Positions 47,891-56,601 of a stretch of 64,000 nucleotides of DNA are shown here, one piece after another; position 1 is the stretch's first letter; each line of letters opens with the position of its first letter. The position numbers and the translations under genes were made by a program. Source of the stretch: Candidatus Anaeroferrophillacea bacterium (GTDB lineage Bacteria; Desulfobacterota; Anaeroferrophillalia; Anaeroferrophillales; Anaeroferrophillaceae); assembly GCA_016933675.1 (NCBI GenBank), contig JAFGAM010000126.1:16905-80904 (forward strand). Reading direction: 5' to 3'. A model generated the notes under the pieces. That model saw nothing but the letters and a program-made list of their open reading frames with translations. It was not told the DNA's origin and ran no database searches.

Positions 47891-48631
47891 ATGGCCGAAG
47901 AACGCCTGCAAAAGATCATCGCCGCCCACGGTATCGCCTCGCGCCGCGCCGCCGAGCGGCTGATTCTCGCCGGCCGGGTGACGGTAAACGGCGTTACCGT
48001 CACCGAACTCGGCACCCGGGCGGACCCCGCCGCCGCTGAGATTGCCGTCGACGGTCGCCCGTTGCCACCGCAGGCAACGCCGCGGCGCCGGGTGATCCTG
48101 CTCAACAAGCCGCCGGGTTGCGTTTCCACCATGAAGGATCCCGACGGCCGGCCGACGGTGCGGGATCTGCTCCGCGACATCCCTGAACGCCTCTATCCCG
48201 TCGGCCGCCTCGACTTTTTTTCGGAGGGTCTGCTGTTGTGCACCAACAACGGCGATCTGGCCAACGGGCTCATGCATCCGCGCTACAAAATGGAGAAAAC
48301 CTACCGCGTCACGGTGACCGGGCACATCGCCCCGGAAACCCTCACCCGGCTGCGGCACGGGGTCATGCTGGAGGATGGCATGTCGAAGCCGCTGAAGGTG
48401 CGGCTGGTGGAGGTCGGGGAGCGGCAATCGGTGGTCGACATCGTTTTGGGAGAGGGCCGCAACCGCCAGGTGCGGCGGATGCTGGCGACCTTGGGGCTCG
48501 GGATCCGGCGCCTGGTACGCATCGCCTACGGACCGCTGACCCTGGAAGGGGTGGCACCGGGCCGCTGGCGCGAACTGCAGGCCGGTGAAATTCGTACCCT
48601 CAACCGTTCCGCTTCGTTGCCCCGGCAATGA
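47891..48631 (+). CDS. rluB: pseudouridine synthase, RluB/RsuA family
   Basis: start ATG 47891; S4 domain (LQKIIAAHGIASRRAAERLILAGRVTVNG); catalytic YPVGRLD motif. Confidence 0.85.
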   Translation: MAEERLQKIIAAHGIASRRAAERLILAGRVTVNGVTVTELGTRADPAAAEIAVDGRPLPPQATPRRRVILLNKPPGCVSTMKDPDGRPTVRDLLRDIPERLYPVGRLDFFSEGLLLCTNNGDLANGLMHPRYKMEKTYRVTVTGHIAPETLTRLRHGVMLEDGMSKPLKVRLVEVGERQSVVDIVLGEGRNRQVRRMLATLGLGIRRLVRIAYGPLTLEGVAPGRWRELQAGEIRTLNRSASLPRQ

Positions 48632-49016
48632 ATTTTCCGATGCTGTCGGCGAAGGTGCGGGGATCGACAGGTTTGCTGATGTATCCGCGACAGCCCGCCT
48701 CGTAGGTCAGGTGGTCGTCACCAACCATGGCATGGGCGGCCAGGGCGATTATCGGTATGTCGGCGGTTTTCGGCAGTCCCCGCAGTCTCCGGGTGGCCTC
48801 CAGGCCGTCCATTCCCGGGAGTTGGATATCCATCAGAATACAGTCCGGCTGCGCCTTGATTGCCAGCGCGATGCCGGCCTCGGCGGTACCGGCAGCCAGG
48901 GTCTCGAATCCCTCCAGTTGCAGTAACCGGCGAAACAGCTTCGTGTTGAGGACGTCGTCCTCGACAATGAGGATCCGCAATGCCGCCGATCCTGTCTTGG
49001 GGTTGTGCTGTTCCAT
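48600..49016 (-). CDS. single-domain response regulator (CheY-like)
   Basis: 138 aa; ILIVEDD...DCILMDIQLPGMDG...K; overlaps the convergent rluB 3' end by 32 nt. Confidence 0.8.
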   Translation of the reverse strand: MEQHNPKTGSAALRILIVEDDVLNTKLFRRLLQLEGFETLAAGTAEAGIALAIKAQPDCILMDIQLPGMDGLEATRRLRGLPKTADIPIIALAAHAMVGDDHLTYEAGCRGYISKPVDPRTFADSIGKFIAGATKRNG

Positions 49017-49192
49017 TGGTTCCCGTCGATCCCCGTTTCCGGTTATATAGTGATATTCGGCTGCACAACAATTGATGGCTTTCCAATAACCCCATCTCCT
49101 TCGTTGCGCTACAACTTGACTCGCTCAACGCACGGTTTGCCCCGCCCACCCGACCCGCCATCACCTCAGGCTGAGCCCCGGCCGCGGCACGT

Positions 49193-50470
49193 CTATCCCC
49201 GTTGTCCACGACCGGTATCGGCGGGCGATTCGGGCAGGACGACATGAAACGTCGATCCTTTTCCGAGCCCGGCACTTTCAGCCCATATCCGGCCGCCGTG
49301 CAGCTCGACCATATGCCGCGACAGGGAGAGCCCGAGGCCGGTACCCTGGTAGCGGCGGCTGGCGGAGCTGTCCACCTGGGCGAAGGTGGAGAAGATCTTT
49401 TGCAGGTCTTCGGGGGCGATATCGATGCCCGAGTCCTGCACCAGGATATGCAGCTGACGGCCGGGATCCGCAGTACCATTGTCAGCATCGGCCGGCGACC
49501 GCGGCGCCGCCGGATCGTCTTCCCATGCCGCCGCCAGCCGGATGCTGCCGCCATCGGGAGTGAACTTGGCGGCATTACCCAGCAGGTTGAACAGGATCTG
49601 CTTTATTTTCCGGGCATCAGCCACCAGGTATGCCGGGGCCGGCGGCGGCAGGAAATCGAGCTTCAGGCGGTGACGTTTGGCTTTTTCCCGGATCATGTTG
49701 AGCGAGTGCTGGAGCACTTCGGCGGCCTCGATATGTTCCGGATGCAGTTCCATGCGTCCGGCTTCGATCTTGGACAGGTCGAGAATATCATTGATGAGCG
49801 ACAGGAGATGGCGGCTGCTGTTCAGAACATCCTGCAGGTACTCGGCCTGTTCCGTGGTCAGGTTCTCGCTGCCGGTTCTGACCACCAGCTCGGTGAAGCC
49901 GATGATATGGTTCAGCGGGGTGCGCAATTCGTGACTCATGGCCGCGAGGAAATCGCTCTTGGCGCGGTTGGCGGCTTCCGCCGCTTCCTTCGCGGCCCGG
50001 AGCTCATCCTCCGTCCGCATGAGATTGGTAATGTTTTCCTTCTGGTTCCGGAAACTGATCAGGAACAGGGAACTGATGAGAAACAGGCCGATAATGGCAA
50101 CCAACCCGAGGATATAATGCCAGGAGGACATGGCTCCGAAAACCGTCCGGGCCGGAACGACGGTCAGAAAGACGAACGGTGTGTCCTCGATCTGCCGGCC
50201 GGCGACGATATCGGTTTTGAAGGTCGCCATCCGGAGCCGGCTGTCGGTAAACCGGCCGGCCCATTGATGGATCTCCCGCCGCGATTCCGGTTCCGCACCG
50301 GCGGCGGTGGCGGCCGACAGGATTTTACCCTGGAAAAGGAGAAACGTGCCGCGGGAAAAGATCGGCTGTTTTTTCTGATCCTTGATTTCCGCCAGCCGCG
50401 CCGCCGGAAGCCGGCCGATAATCTGGGCAACGTGGCTGGCGGCGGTGCGAACCGGAACCGAGATGATCAC
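49193..50470 (-). CDS. sensor histidine kinase
   Basis: 425 aa; single predicted TM (WHYILGLVAIIGLFLISSLFLISF); H-box MSHELRTPLNHI; HATPase motifs (DSGIDIAPE, GTGLGLSLS). Confidence 0.75.
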   Translation of the reverse strand: MIISVPVRTAASHVAQIIGRLPAARLAEIKDQKKQPIFSRGTFLLFQGKILSAATAAGAEPESRREIHQWAGRFTDSRLRMATFKTDIVAGRQIEDTPFVFLTVVPARTVFGAMSSWHYILGLVAIIGLFLISSLFLISFRNQKENITNLMRTEDELRAAKEAAEAANRAKSDFLAAMSHELRTPLNHIIGFTELVVRTGSENLTTEQAEYLQDVLNSSRHLLSLINDILDLSKIEAGRMELHPEHIEAAEVLQHSLNMIREKAKRHRLKLDFLPPPAPAYLVADARKIKQILFNLLGNAAKFTPDGGSIRLAAAWEDDPAAPRSPADADNGTADPGRQLHILVQDSGIDIAPEDLQKIFSTFAQVDSSASRRYQGTGLGLSLSRHMVELHGGRIWAESAGLGKGSTFHVVLPESPADTGRGQRG

Positions 50471-50898
50471 GAATCCCGCAGCACCTTCAAAGCAGCGGAA
50501 AGGCGGGAGACGGGACTGATCAAAGACCGCAGGGCAATATCGGGGTGCGGTTTTTCAATGATTGTACTGCCATCGGCCAACACCCTGCCGGCGGTATCGG
50601 TATATATCAGCTGCTGCCAGAATCCGGGCCGGTCGAAATGCCTTCCGCTTAAAGATCTGGCGACCGCCTCCAGCAGCGCCAGCGCAAAGGGAAAGCCATG
50701 GCGGACGGTGCGACTGACCTCCCGCTCCAGCAGCGGGCGAAACAGTCCCTGGTCGTACAGTCCCGTTACCCGGTCGAACAACGCCGCGAAGGGTGCGTCA
50801 GTGACATCGTCGTCCCGGGGTGGATGGTGCCCGATCATGGTTTTGCCGATCATTGAGCCCGCCGGGGTGGCGGTGTTAACCCAAATTACACCAAACAT
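50467..50898 (-). CDS. hypothetical protein, translationally coupled (ATGA) to the downstream histidine kinase
   Basis: 143 aa; weak resemblance to the start of a GGDEF domain (DRVTGLYDQGLFRPLLEREVSRTVRHGFPFALALLE) but no GG[DE]EF motif. Confidence 0.35.
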   Translation of the reverse strand: MFGVIWVNTATPAGSMIGKTMIGHHPPRDDDVTDAPFAALFDRVTGLYDQGLFRPLLEREVSRTVRHGFPFALALLEAVARSLSGRHFDRPGFWQQLIYTDTAGRVLADGSTIIEKPHPDIALRSLISPVSRLSAALKVLRDS

Positions 50899-51163
50899 TT
50901 ACTTCACGAAAGGTGCGATGCAGCTTATTTTTCCATTCCCCAGTTTGCCTTTCGGATTTTTTCGGTTTGGTTTGGTGGTGATTTTTTCCTTTACCGGGAA
51001 AACAAAATGTACTAAAATGATACTCACTATAGGGTATGTAAATGAGTTTTTCGCCGGCATTATAAACGCTGTTACCGTCATCCCGACGGGATGGGACGTT
51101 GCGCAATGGATGGCGGCATACGGTGAACATCCGCTGCACATGTAAAGGAGAGGAGCGGCAGGT

Positions 51164-51700
51164 ATGCGAAACGGAATCTGGAATCCCTATGTTGCCGGCG
51201 CCCTGGTGGGACTGCTGGCGATCGTTTCGGTTGTGGCAACCACCAGGGTACTGGGTAGGGCACAATATCTCGGTGCTTCAACCACCTTCGTCAGGGTCGC
51301 GGGACTGGTAGAACGGCAGGTTGTCCCCCGCCACGCGGCGGCAAACGAGTATTTTACCAAAACGAAGATCAAGATCGACTGGCAGATGATGTTCATCGCC
51401 GGGATCTTCATCGGCTCCCTGGTATCGTCCCTCATGGGGGGGACCTTCAGAATCGAGTCCGTACCGCCCATCTGGCGTGAGCGTTTCGGTGGCGGGGTCG
51501 GTACCCGGGCGATGGGCGCTTTCTTCGGCGGCATGATCGCCATTTTCGGCGCCCGGCTTGCCGGCGGCTGTCCCAGTGGTCACGGGTTGAGCGGGGTGAT
51601 GCAGTTGGCGGGCAGCGGGCTTGTCGCCATGGCCTGTTTCATGGCCGGCGGCTTGCTGACTGCCCGGATGGTGTATGGCAGGCAGGGGAGGGGAAGATAA
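51164..51700 (+). CDS. YeeE/YedE family membrane protein (putative sulfur-compound transporter component)
   Basis: 178 aa; 4 TMs; conserved GGCPSG region. Confidence 0.6.
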   Translation: MRNGIWNPYVAGALVGLLAIVSVVATTRVLGRAQYLGASTTFVRVAGLVERQVVPRHAAANEYFTKTKIKIDWQMMFIAGIFIGSLVSSLMGGTFRIESVPPIWRERFGGGVGTRAMGAFFGGMIAIFGARLAGGCPSGHGLSGVMQLAGSGLVAMACFMAGGLLTARMVYGRQGRGR

Positions 51701-51701
51701 C

Positions 51702-52226
51702 ATGGAACTGGGATTCGGCCTGGCAACGGGCATCGTGTTTGGTTTCCTGCTGCAGCGGGGACAGGTTCTGCGGTTCGAAAAACAGGTGGGTTTTCTGTTG
51801 CTGCGCGACCTGACGATCATCAAATTCATGCTGTCGGCTATCGTTGTCGGCATGGTCGGCCTGCACCTCTGTCGCGACCTCGGAATCATCAGCTTCAGTC
51901 TCAAGGGGACCGTCATCGGCGCCCAGGTCATCGGCGGTCTGCTGTTCGGCAGCGGCTGGGCGGTGCTTGGTTTCTGTCCCGGAACCTCCGTCGGCGCGGT
52001 GGCCGAAGGACGCTGGCACGCCATCTGGGGGATCCTGGGGATGATCGCCGGTGCCGCCGTCTACGCCGAGGTCTACCCGGCAATGAAAAAAACCATCCTG
52101 ACCTGGGGAAATTATGGTAAGGTCACCTTCGCAGATGTTCTGCACGTTAACCACTGGCTGCTGGTGGCCGTTTTCTCGGCGGTGATACTTGGGATATTGT
52201 TCCTCTTCGAGCGTTCGGGGCGATAA
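51702..52226 (+). CDS. YeeE/YedE family membrane protein, second half-size paralogue
   Basis: ATG 51702 after GGGGAGGGGAAG; 4 TMs; GFCPGTS motif region. Confidence 0.6.
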   Translation: MELGFGLATGIVFGFLLQRGQVLRFEKQVGFLLLRDLTIIKFMLSAIVVGMVGLHLCRDLGIISFSLKGTVIGAQVIGGLLFGSGWAVLGFCPGTSVGAVAEGRWHAIWGILGMIAGAAVYAEVYPAMKKTILTWGNYGKVTFADVLHVNHWLLVAVFSAVILGILFLFERSGR

Positions 52227-52282
52227 GCGGGTTACCTCATTCCCGCCGCCTTGTCGGCGGCCGGCACGCCCCGACCCCGATC

Positions 52283-52319
52283 CGACGAAAGCAGCCTTCC
52301 GGCTGCTTTCGTCGTTTCC
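52283..52319 (+). terminator. intrinsic terminator
   Basis: 14-bp stem CGACGAAAGCAGCC / GGCTGCTTTCGTCG with TTCC loop, then TTTCC. Confidence 0.6.
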
Positions 52320-52503
52320 GCCTGGTGTTTTGTAGCACCAGCTCGACTACCGGTGATCACCATCAGGTGGAGCGTGATTTAATGAATCAGGAGATAACCA
52401 TGCCCGCTGCCCAACAACTGCGCCGCTGCCTGTTGAAGAAGCGTTTCGACGCGGCGCGGCGTAGAGATCGTCATGCAGGAGGGTCCGGAGCAGGGATGAC
52501 AGT

Positions 52504-54045
52504 ATGTTGCTGTCCGCGATGATAGGCGGCGAGGAACGGTCCGGTCTTGTCGGTGCCGCAGTGATCATATCGTTGTTTGCCGCGGGAGTGGGCCTCGTGT
52601 TGGGATGGCTGGTGCGGTCGCGTTTGGCCCGGCATCGGCGGCAGATTCACGAGGAACAGCTGGCGGAAATCCGACTGCAGACCGGTACCCTGAGGCAGGA
52701 CCACCTGCATTGTACGCAGGAACTGGACACCTGCCGGACACGTATTGGTGCGGTTGAGGAACAGGCCGCCTATCTCCGGGCGCAGGCGGAGGAACTTCCC
52801 CGGCTGCGAACGGTTATCGATGAGCTTCAGCAGACCATAATGGCCCTGGAGCGGGATCGTGCCCGGCTGGTGGCCGAGCTGCAGGCAGAGCGTGAGAAGG
52901 CCGAACACGGAATGGAACTGCTGCGGGAGGCAAAGGGGAAATTCACCGACGAATTCCGCAACCTGGCCCAGCAGATCCTCGACGCCAAGACCAAGAGCCT
53001 GGCCGAAAGCGGTAAAACCCAGCTTGAATCGATCCTCGATCCATTCAGAATTCAGTTGAAGGATTTGTCTAAAAGGATTGAAGATAATTATATAAACGAA
53101 GGGAAGGAACGTCATTCACTGGGGCGGCAGGTGGCCGAATTGCAGAAGCTGAACATCCGCCTCAGTGAGGATGCGGAGAATCTCGCCCGGGCGCTGGTGG
53201 GGCAGGCGAAAACCCGGGGCACCTGGGGTGAGATCATCCTCGAACGGGTGCTCGAAGCATCGGGCTTGACCGCCGGACGCGAATACGAGGTCCAGGGCAG
53301 CCGGCGCAGTGCCGACGGCCGGCTACAGCGTCCCGATGTCATTGTCCACCTGCCGGAGGAGAAGGATATCGTCATCGATTCCAAGGTCTCCCTGGTGGCC
53401 TATGAGCGGTATGTACGTACCGCTGAAAACGGTCCTGGCGATACGGATACGGGCCATGAACGGGTGCTGGCCGATCATCTTGCCTCCATGAAACAACATA
53501 TCCGGGATCTTGCCGGCAAGCGTTACGATGAACTGCCCGGCATTCGGAGTCTGGATTTTGTTCTTATGTTCGTCCCGGTGGAGGGCGCCTTTCTCCTGGC
53601 TATCGATCGTGATCCGGATATCTTCCGCCAGGCCTTCGAGCAGCACGTGATGATTGTCAGCCCCTCGACGCTTCTCATTACCCTGCGGACGATCCATAAT
53701 ATCTGGCGCACCGAGCACCAGAATCGCAACGCAGTGGAGATTGCCCGCCAGGCCGGCAATCTTCACGATCAGTTCGTGCGCTTCGTCGATGATCTGACCC
53801 GCATCGGCGACTTCCTGGATCGTGGCCGCGACGCCTGGGAGCAGGCGTACCGCCGGCTGGCCGGCGGTCGGGGCAACCTCGTGCGCCGGACCGAAAACCT
53901 CAAACTGCTCGGCGTGAAAGCCAGGAAACAGCTTCCGGAAGAGGTGCTGCGGCTGGCCGATATGGATGACGCCGATCTGAATGACGTCGGTCTGGATGAT
54001 ACCCGGACGGACGATCCCGGGGTGAACCCGGCGCCGGAACAATGA
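52504..54045 (+). CDS. rmuC: DNA recombination protein RmuC
   Basis: N-terminal TM then long coiled coil; C-terminal RmuC nuclease-like domain (DSKVSLVAYERY...FVLMFVPVEGAFL...IVSPSTLL). Confidence 0.85.
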   Translation: MLLSAMIGGEERSGLVGAAVIISLFAAGVGLVLGWLVRSRLARHRRQIHEEQLAEIRLQTGTLRQDHLHCTQELDTCRTRIGAVEEQAAYLRAQAEELPRLRTVIDELQQTIMALERDRARLVAELQAEREKAEHGMELLREAKGKFTDEFRNLAQQILDAKTKSLAESGKTQLESILDPFRIQLKDLSKRIEDNYINEGKERHSLGRQVAELQKLNIRLSEDAENLARALVGQAKTRGTWGEIILERVLEASGLTAGREYEVQGSRRSADGRLQRPDVIVHLPEEKDIVIDSKVSLVAYERYVRTAENGPGDTDTGHERVLADHLASMKQHIRDLAGKRYDELPGIRSLDFVLMFVPVEGAFLLAIDRDPDIFRQAFEQHVMIVSPSTLLITLRTIHNIWRTEHQNRNAVEIARQAGNLHDQFVRFVDDLTRIGDFLDRGRDAWEQAYRRLAGGRGNLVRRTENLKLLGVKARKQLPEEVLRLADMDDADLNDVGLDDTRTDDPGVNPAPEQ

Positions 54046-54083
54046 TCGACCGCCGCTTCCGGAAGAGGTGCTGCGGCTGGCCG
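53941..54083 (+). repeat. direct repeat: 30-nt exact (about 45-nt imperfect) duplication of the rmuC 3' end downstream of its stop codon
   Basis: GCTTCCGGAAGAGGTGCTGCGGCTGGCCGA at 53941-53970 and 54054-54083; the second copy is followed by GCGGCCGC and T8. Confidence 0.85.
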
Positions 54084-54251
54084 ACACGGACGACGCCGAG
54101 CGGCCGCTTTTTTTTCTCCCGCTGTAACGTCTGATAAGATATATTATGTTAACTTTGCTGAAATCGCAACTATGCTCCGTTAACCCTGTGGTGCCGTTGG
54201 TCCTCTTCACTTTTGCCGACGCGACACCTCGGATATCCAGGATGGACAGGA

Positions 54252-54863
54252 ATGAAAAAATTCATTGCGGTGGCCGGGAACATGGGAACCGGCAAATCGA
54301 GCCTGGTGGAATTCCTCTGCTCCCGGTATCCCATCGTGCCGTTCTATGAACAGTACGAGACCAACCCCTACCTGCGGGATTTCTATGCCGATATGCGGGC
54401 CTGGGCCTTCCACTCCCAGATCTTCTTTCTCACCCAGAAGTTCAAGAACCACCTGAAGCTGGCCGCGGTGGACCGGTCGGTCATCCAGGATCGCACCATC
54501 TACGAGGATGCCGAAATCTTCGCCCGCAATCTGTACCGGTCACGCTACATTAAAAAGCGTGATTTCGAGAGCTACTACGATCTCTACCAGTCGTTGCTGG
54601 ATACCCTGCCGCCACCCGACCTGCTGATCTTTCTGCGTTCGCCTCTCCGGACGGTACGCCGGCGTATCCGCCTGCGCGGCCGGGAATACGAACAGAATAT
54701 CCTTGCCTCGCGCTACCTGCAGCATCTGAACGGACTCTACGATGGCTGGATCTCCCGCTACCGGCTGTCGGAGGTTGTGACCATCGATACCGGGCAGCTG
54801 GATTTTGTCAACAACCTGGTGGACATGACCGATGTGCTGCAGGCGGTGGAGAAATATATCTGA
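54252..54863 (+). CDS. deoxynucleoside kinase
   Basis: P-loop GNMGTGKSS; dNK family DRS motif (VDRSVIQDRTIY); about 200 aa. Confidence 0.75.
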   Translation: MKKFIAVAGNMGTGKSSLVEFLCSRYPIVPFYEQYETNPYLRDFYADMRAWAFHSQIFFLTQKFKNHLKLAAVDRSVIQDRTIYEDAEIFARNLYRSRYIKKRDFESYYDLYQSLLDTLPPPDLLIFLRSPLRTVRRRIRLRGREYEQNILASRYLQHLNGLYDGWISRYRLSEVVTIDTGQLDFVNNLVDMTDVLQAVEKYI

Positions 54864-54932
54864 TCGGTACTTGACAAGCGGTGGTAAATCCAGTATGAGT
54901 ATCGACCTAATTTACCGATGGAGGTTGGACCA

Positions 54933-55223
54933 ATGATCTGTCAGACTGTACGCAAAGGCCAGGAATGTTTCCTGTGGAAGCCCTCCGGTTGCTCTTATAA
55001 GGATGGTGAATGCCACCCGACGGTGGAACAGTGCGAGGGCTGCGCCCGGATGGTAACCGTGGGTGATATCCCCTACTGTACGACCTATCCGAATCCCGCT
55101 TCCCGCTGGATTGCCGGCAACACCTGTGTCATGGCCACCCACGTGAAACGCAACATCGAGGAAATCAAGCAGAAGATCAACCCCCTGAAGGCATCGAAGC
55201 GCGCGGCAGCCAAGCGACGCTAG
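54933..55223 (+). CDS. small cysteine-rich protein (8 Cys) with basic C-terminal tail
   Basis: ATG 54933 after GGAGG; C-x8-C-x7-C-x6-C-x6-C-x2-C...C...C; KR-rich tail. Confidence 0.45.
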   Translation: MICQTVRKGQECFLWKPSGCSYKDGECHPTVEQCEGCARMVTVGDIPYCTTYPNPASRWIAGNTCVMATHVKRNIEEIKQKINPLKASKRAAAKRR

Positions 55224-55293
55224 GGTTTTCCGTTTTTCCCTGCCGGACGCACAGCTATGGTGCCGTGCCGGCAACATTGGAAGGATGACATAA

Positions 55294-55319
55294 CAGGCAG
55301 AGCAGGCGCTCTGCCTTTT
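55294..55319 (+). terminator. intrinsic terminator
   Basis: GGCAGAGC-AGGC-GCTCTGCC followed by TTTTTT. Confidence 0.8.
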
Positions 55320-55455
55320 TTGTATCCCTACGGTGTTGACACGGTGTTGATGCAACCGTAACAATCACCAAAATTCGCCGAAGGTTGAACGACTTACTCT
55401 GCACCGCAACGCGGAAGATGGAGTTGGTTGCGGAGCCGTCATCAGTTATGCCGTC

Positions 55456-56088
55456 ATGAAATCGAAAACCACCGGCAGAAACCCCGCCGGCGTGCTGCGG
55501 ATCAGCGGCGGCAGCCGTCGCGGCCTGAAGCTGGAACCCCTTGCGGTTGCCGAGGTGCGGCCGACGAAAGCCATGGTCCGGGAAGCCGTCTGTGCCCTCA
55601 TCGGTTCGTGGCGCCTCACCGATGCCACCGTCCTTGATCTCTTCGCCGGTAGCGGCATTATGGCGCTGGAGGCCCTGAGCCGCGGGGCGCGCGAGGCGGT
55701 CTGTGTCGACCGTGAGCCGGCATGCTGCCGGCTCATCGCCGCCAATGCGGCCCGGGCGGGCTTTGCCGAACGTTGCCGGACGGTCAACGCCGAAGTTCTG
55801 GATTTTCTTTGTATGGATCGACACGTCCCGGTGGCCGCCGGGATTGTCTTTATGGATCCCCCCTATGGTTGTTCAGCTGCTGGTCGGCAGGAGATTGTCG
55901 CTGCTGTCGCCGCTGCGGGCCTCCCGGTACCGGGCGGGGTGCTGGTGGTGGAGCATGATCGTCGCGAGGCGGCAACCGCGGAGGTGCCGGACCATTTCGT
56001 GCGGGAGAAGGAAAAAACCTACGGTCGGACAATGGTCACGCTGTTTGTCCGGCCCGCACCCGATGCAGCGAGGAGTAACGGATCATGA
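55456..56088 (+). CDS. rsmD: 16S rRNA (guanine966-N2)-methyltransferase
   Basis: LDLFAGSGIMALEA SAM motif; DPPY motif; conserved pairing with coaD. Confidence 0.85.
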   Translation: MKSKTTGRNPAGVLRISGGSRRGLKLEPLAVAEVRPTKAMVREAVCALIGSWRLTDATVLDLFAGSGIMALEALSRGAREAVCVDREPACCRLIAANAARAGFAERCRTVNAEVLDFLCMDRHVPVAAGIVFMDPPYGCSAAGRQEIVAAVAAAGLPVPGGVLVVEHDRREAATAEVPDHFVREKEKTYGRTMVTLFVRPAPDAARSNGS

Positions 56089-56585
56089 GCTGTCGCAAGA
56101 TCGCCGTTTATCCCGGATCCTTCGATCCCCTGACCAACGGCCATCAGGATATCATCAATCGCGGCGCCGTCGTCTTCGACGAACTGGTGGTTGCCGTAGC
56201 GATCAACCAGGAAAAGCGGCACCTGTTCTCTATCAACGAACGCATCGAGATGATCCGTGAGATCTTTGCCGGCAACTCCCGAGTAACGGTGGAAACTTTC
56301 GACGGCCTGCTGATCCACTACGCCCAGCGGCGCGGTGCCCATGCCATCGTCCGCGGTCTGCGGGCGGTATCGGACTTCGAGTACGAGTTTCAGATGGCGC
56401 TCATGAATCGCAAATTGGCCCCGACGGTGGAAACCTTCTTCATGATGTCCAGCGAATCGTACATGTACGTCAGCAGCCGGATCGTCAAGGAGATGGCCTC
56501 CCTCGGCGGCCGCGTGACCGATCTTGTCCATCCCCTGGTGGAACAACAACTAAAGGAAAAATACGCTGAATATCAGAATACTTGA
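56085..56585 (+). CDS. coaD: phosphopantetheine adenylyltransferase
   Basis: IAVYPGSFDPLTNGHQDII (H/T-x-G-H motif). Confidence 0.9.
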   Translation: MSCRKIAVYPGSFDPLTNGHQDIINRGAVVFDELVVAVAINQEKRHLFSINERIEMIREIFAGNSRVTVETFDGLLIHYAQRRGAHAIVRGLRAVSDFEYEFQMALMNRKLAPTVETFFMMSSESYMYVSSRIVKEMASLGGRVTDLVHPLVEQQLKEKYAEYQNT

Positions 56586-56601
56586 CCACTCATACATAAA
56601 G

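Noticed and set aside
51019-51034. Cloning-vector contamination as the explanation for the T7-like promoter
   Set aside because: The match is limited to the 13-nt core; the flanks differ from vector T7 promoter sequence and the surrounding sequence is contiguous genomic intergenic DNA.
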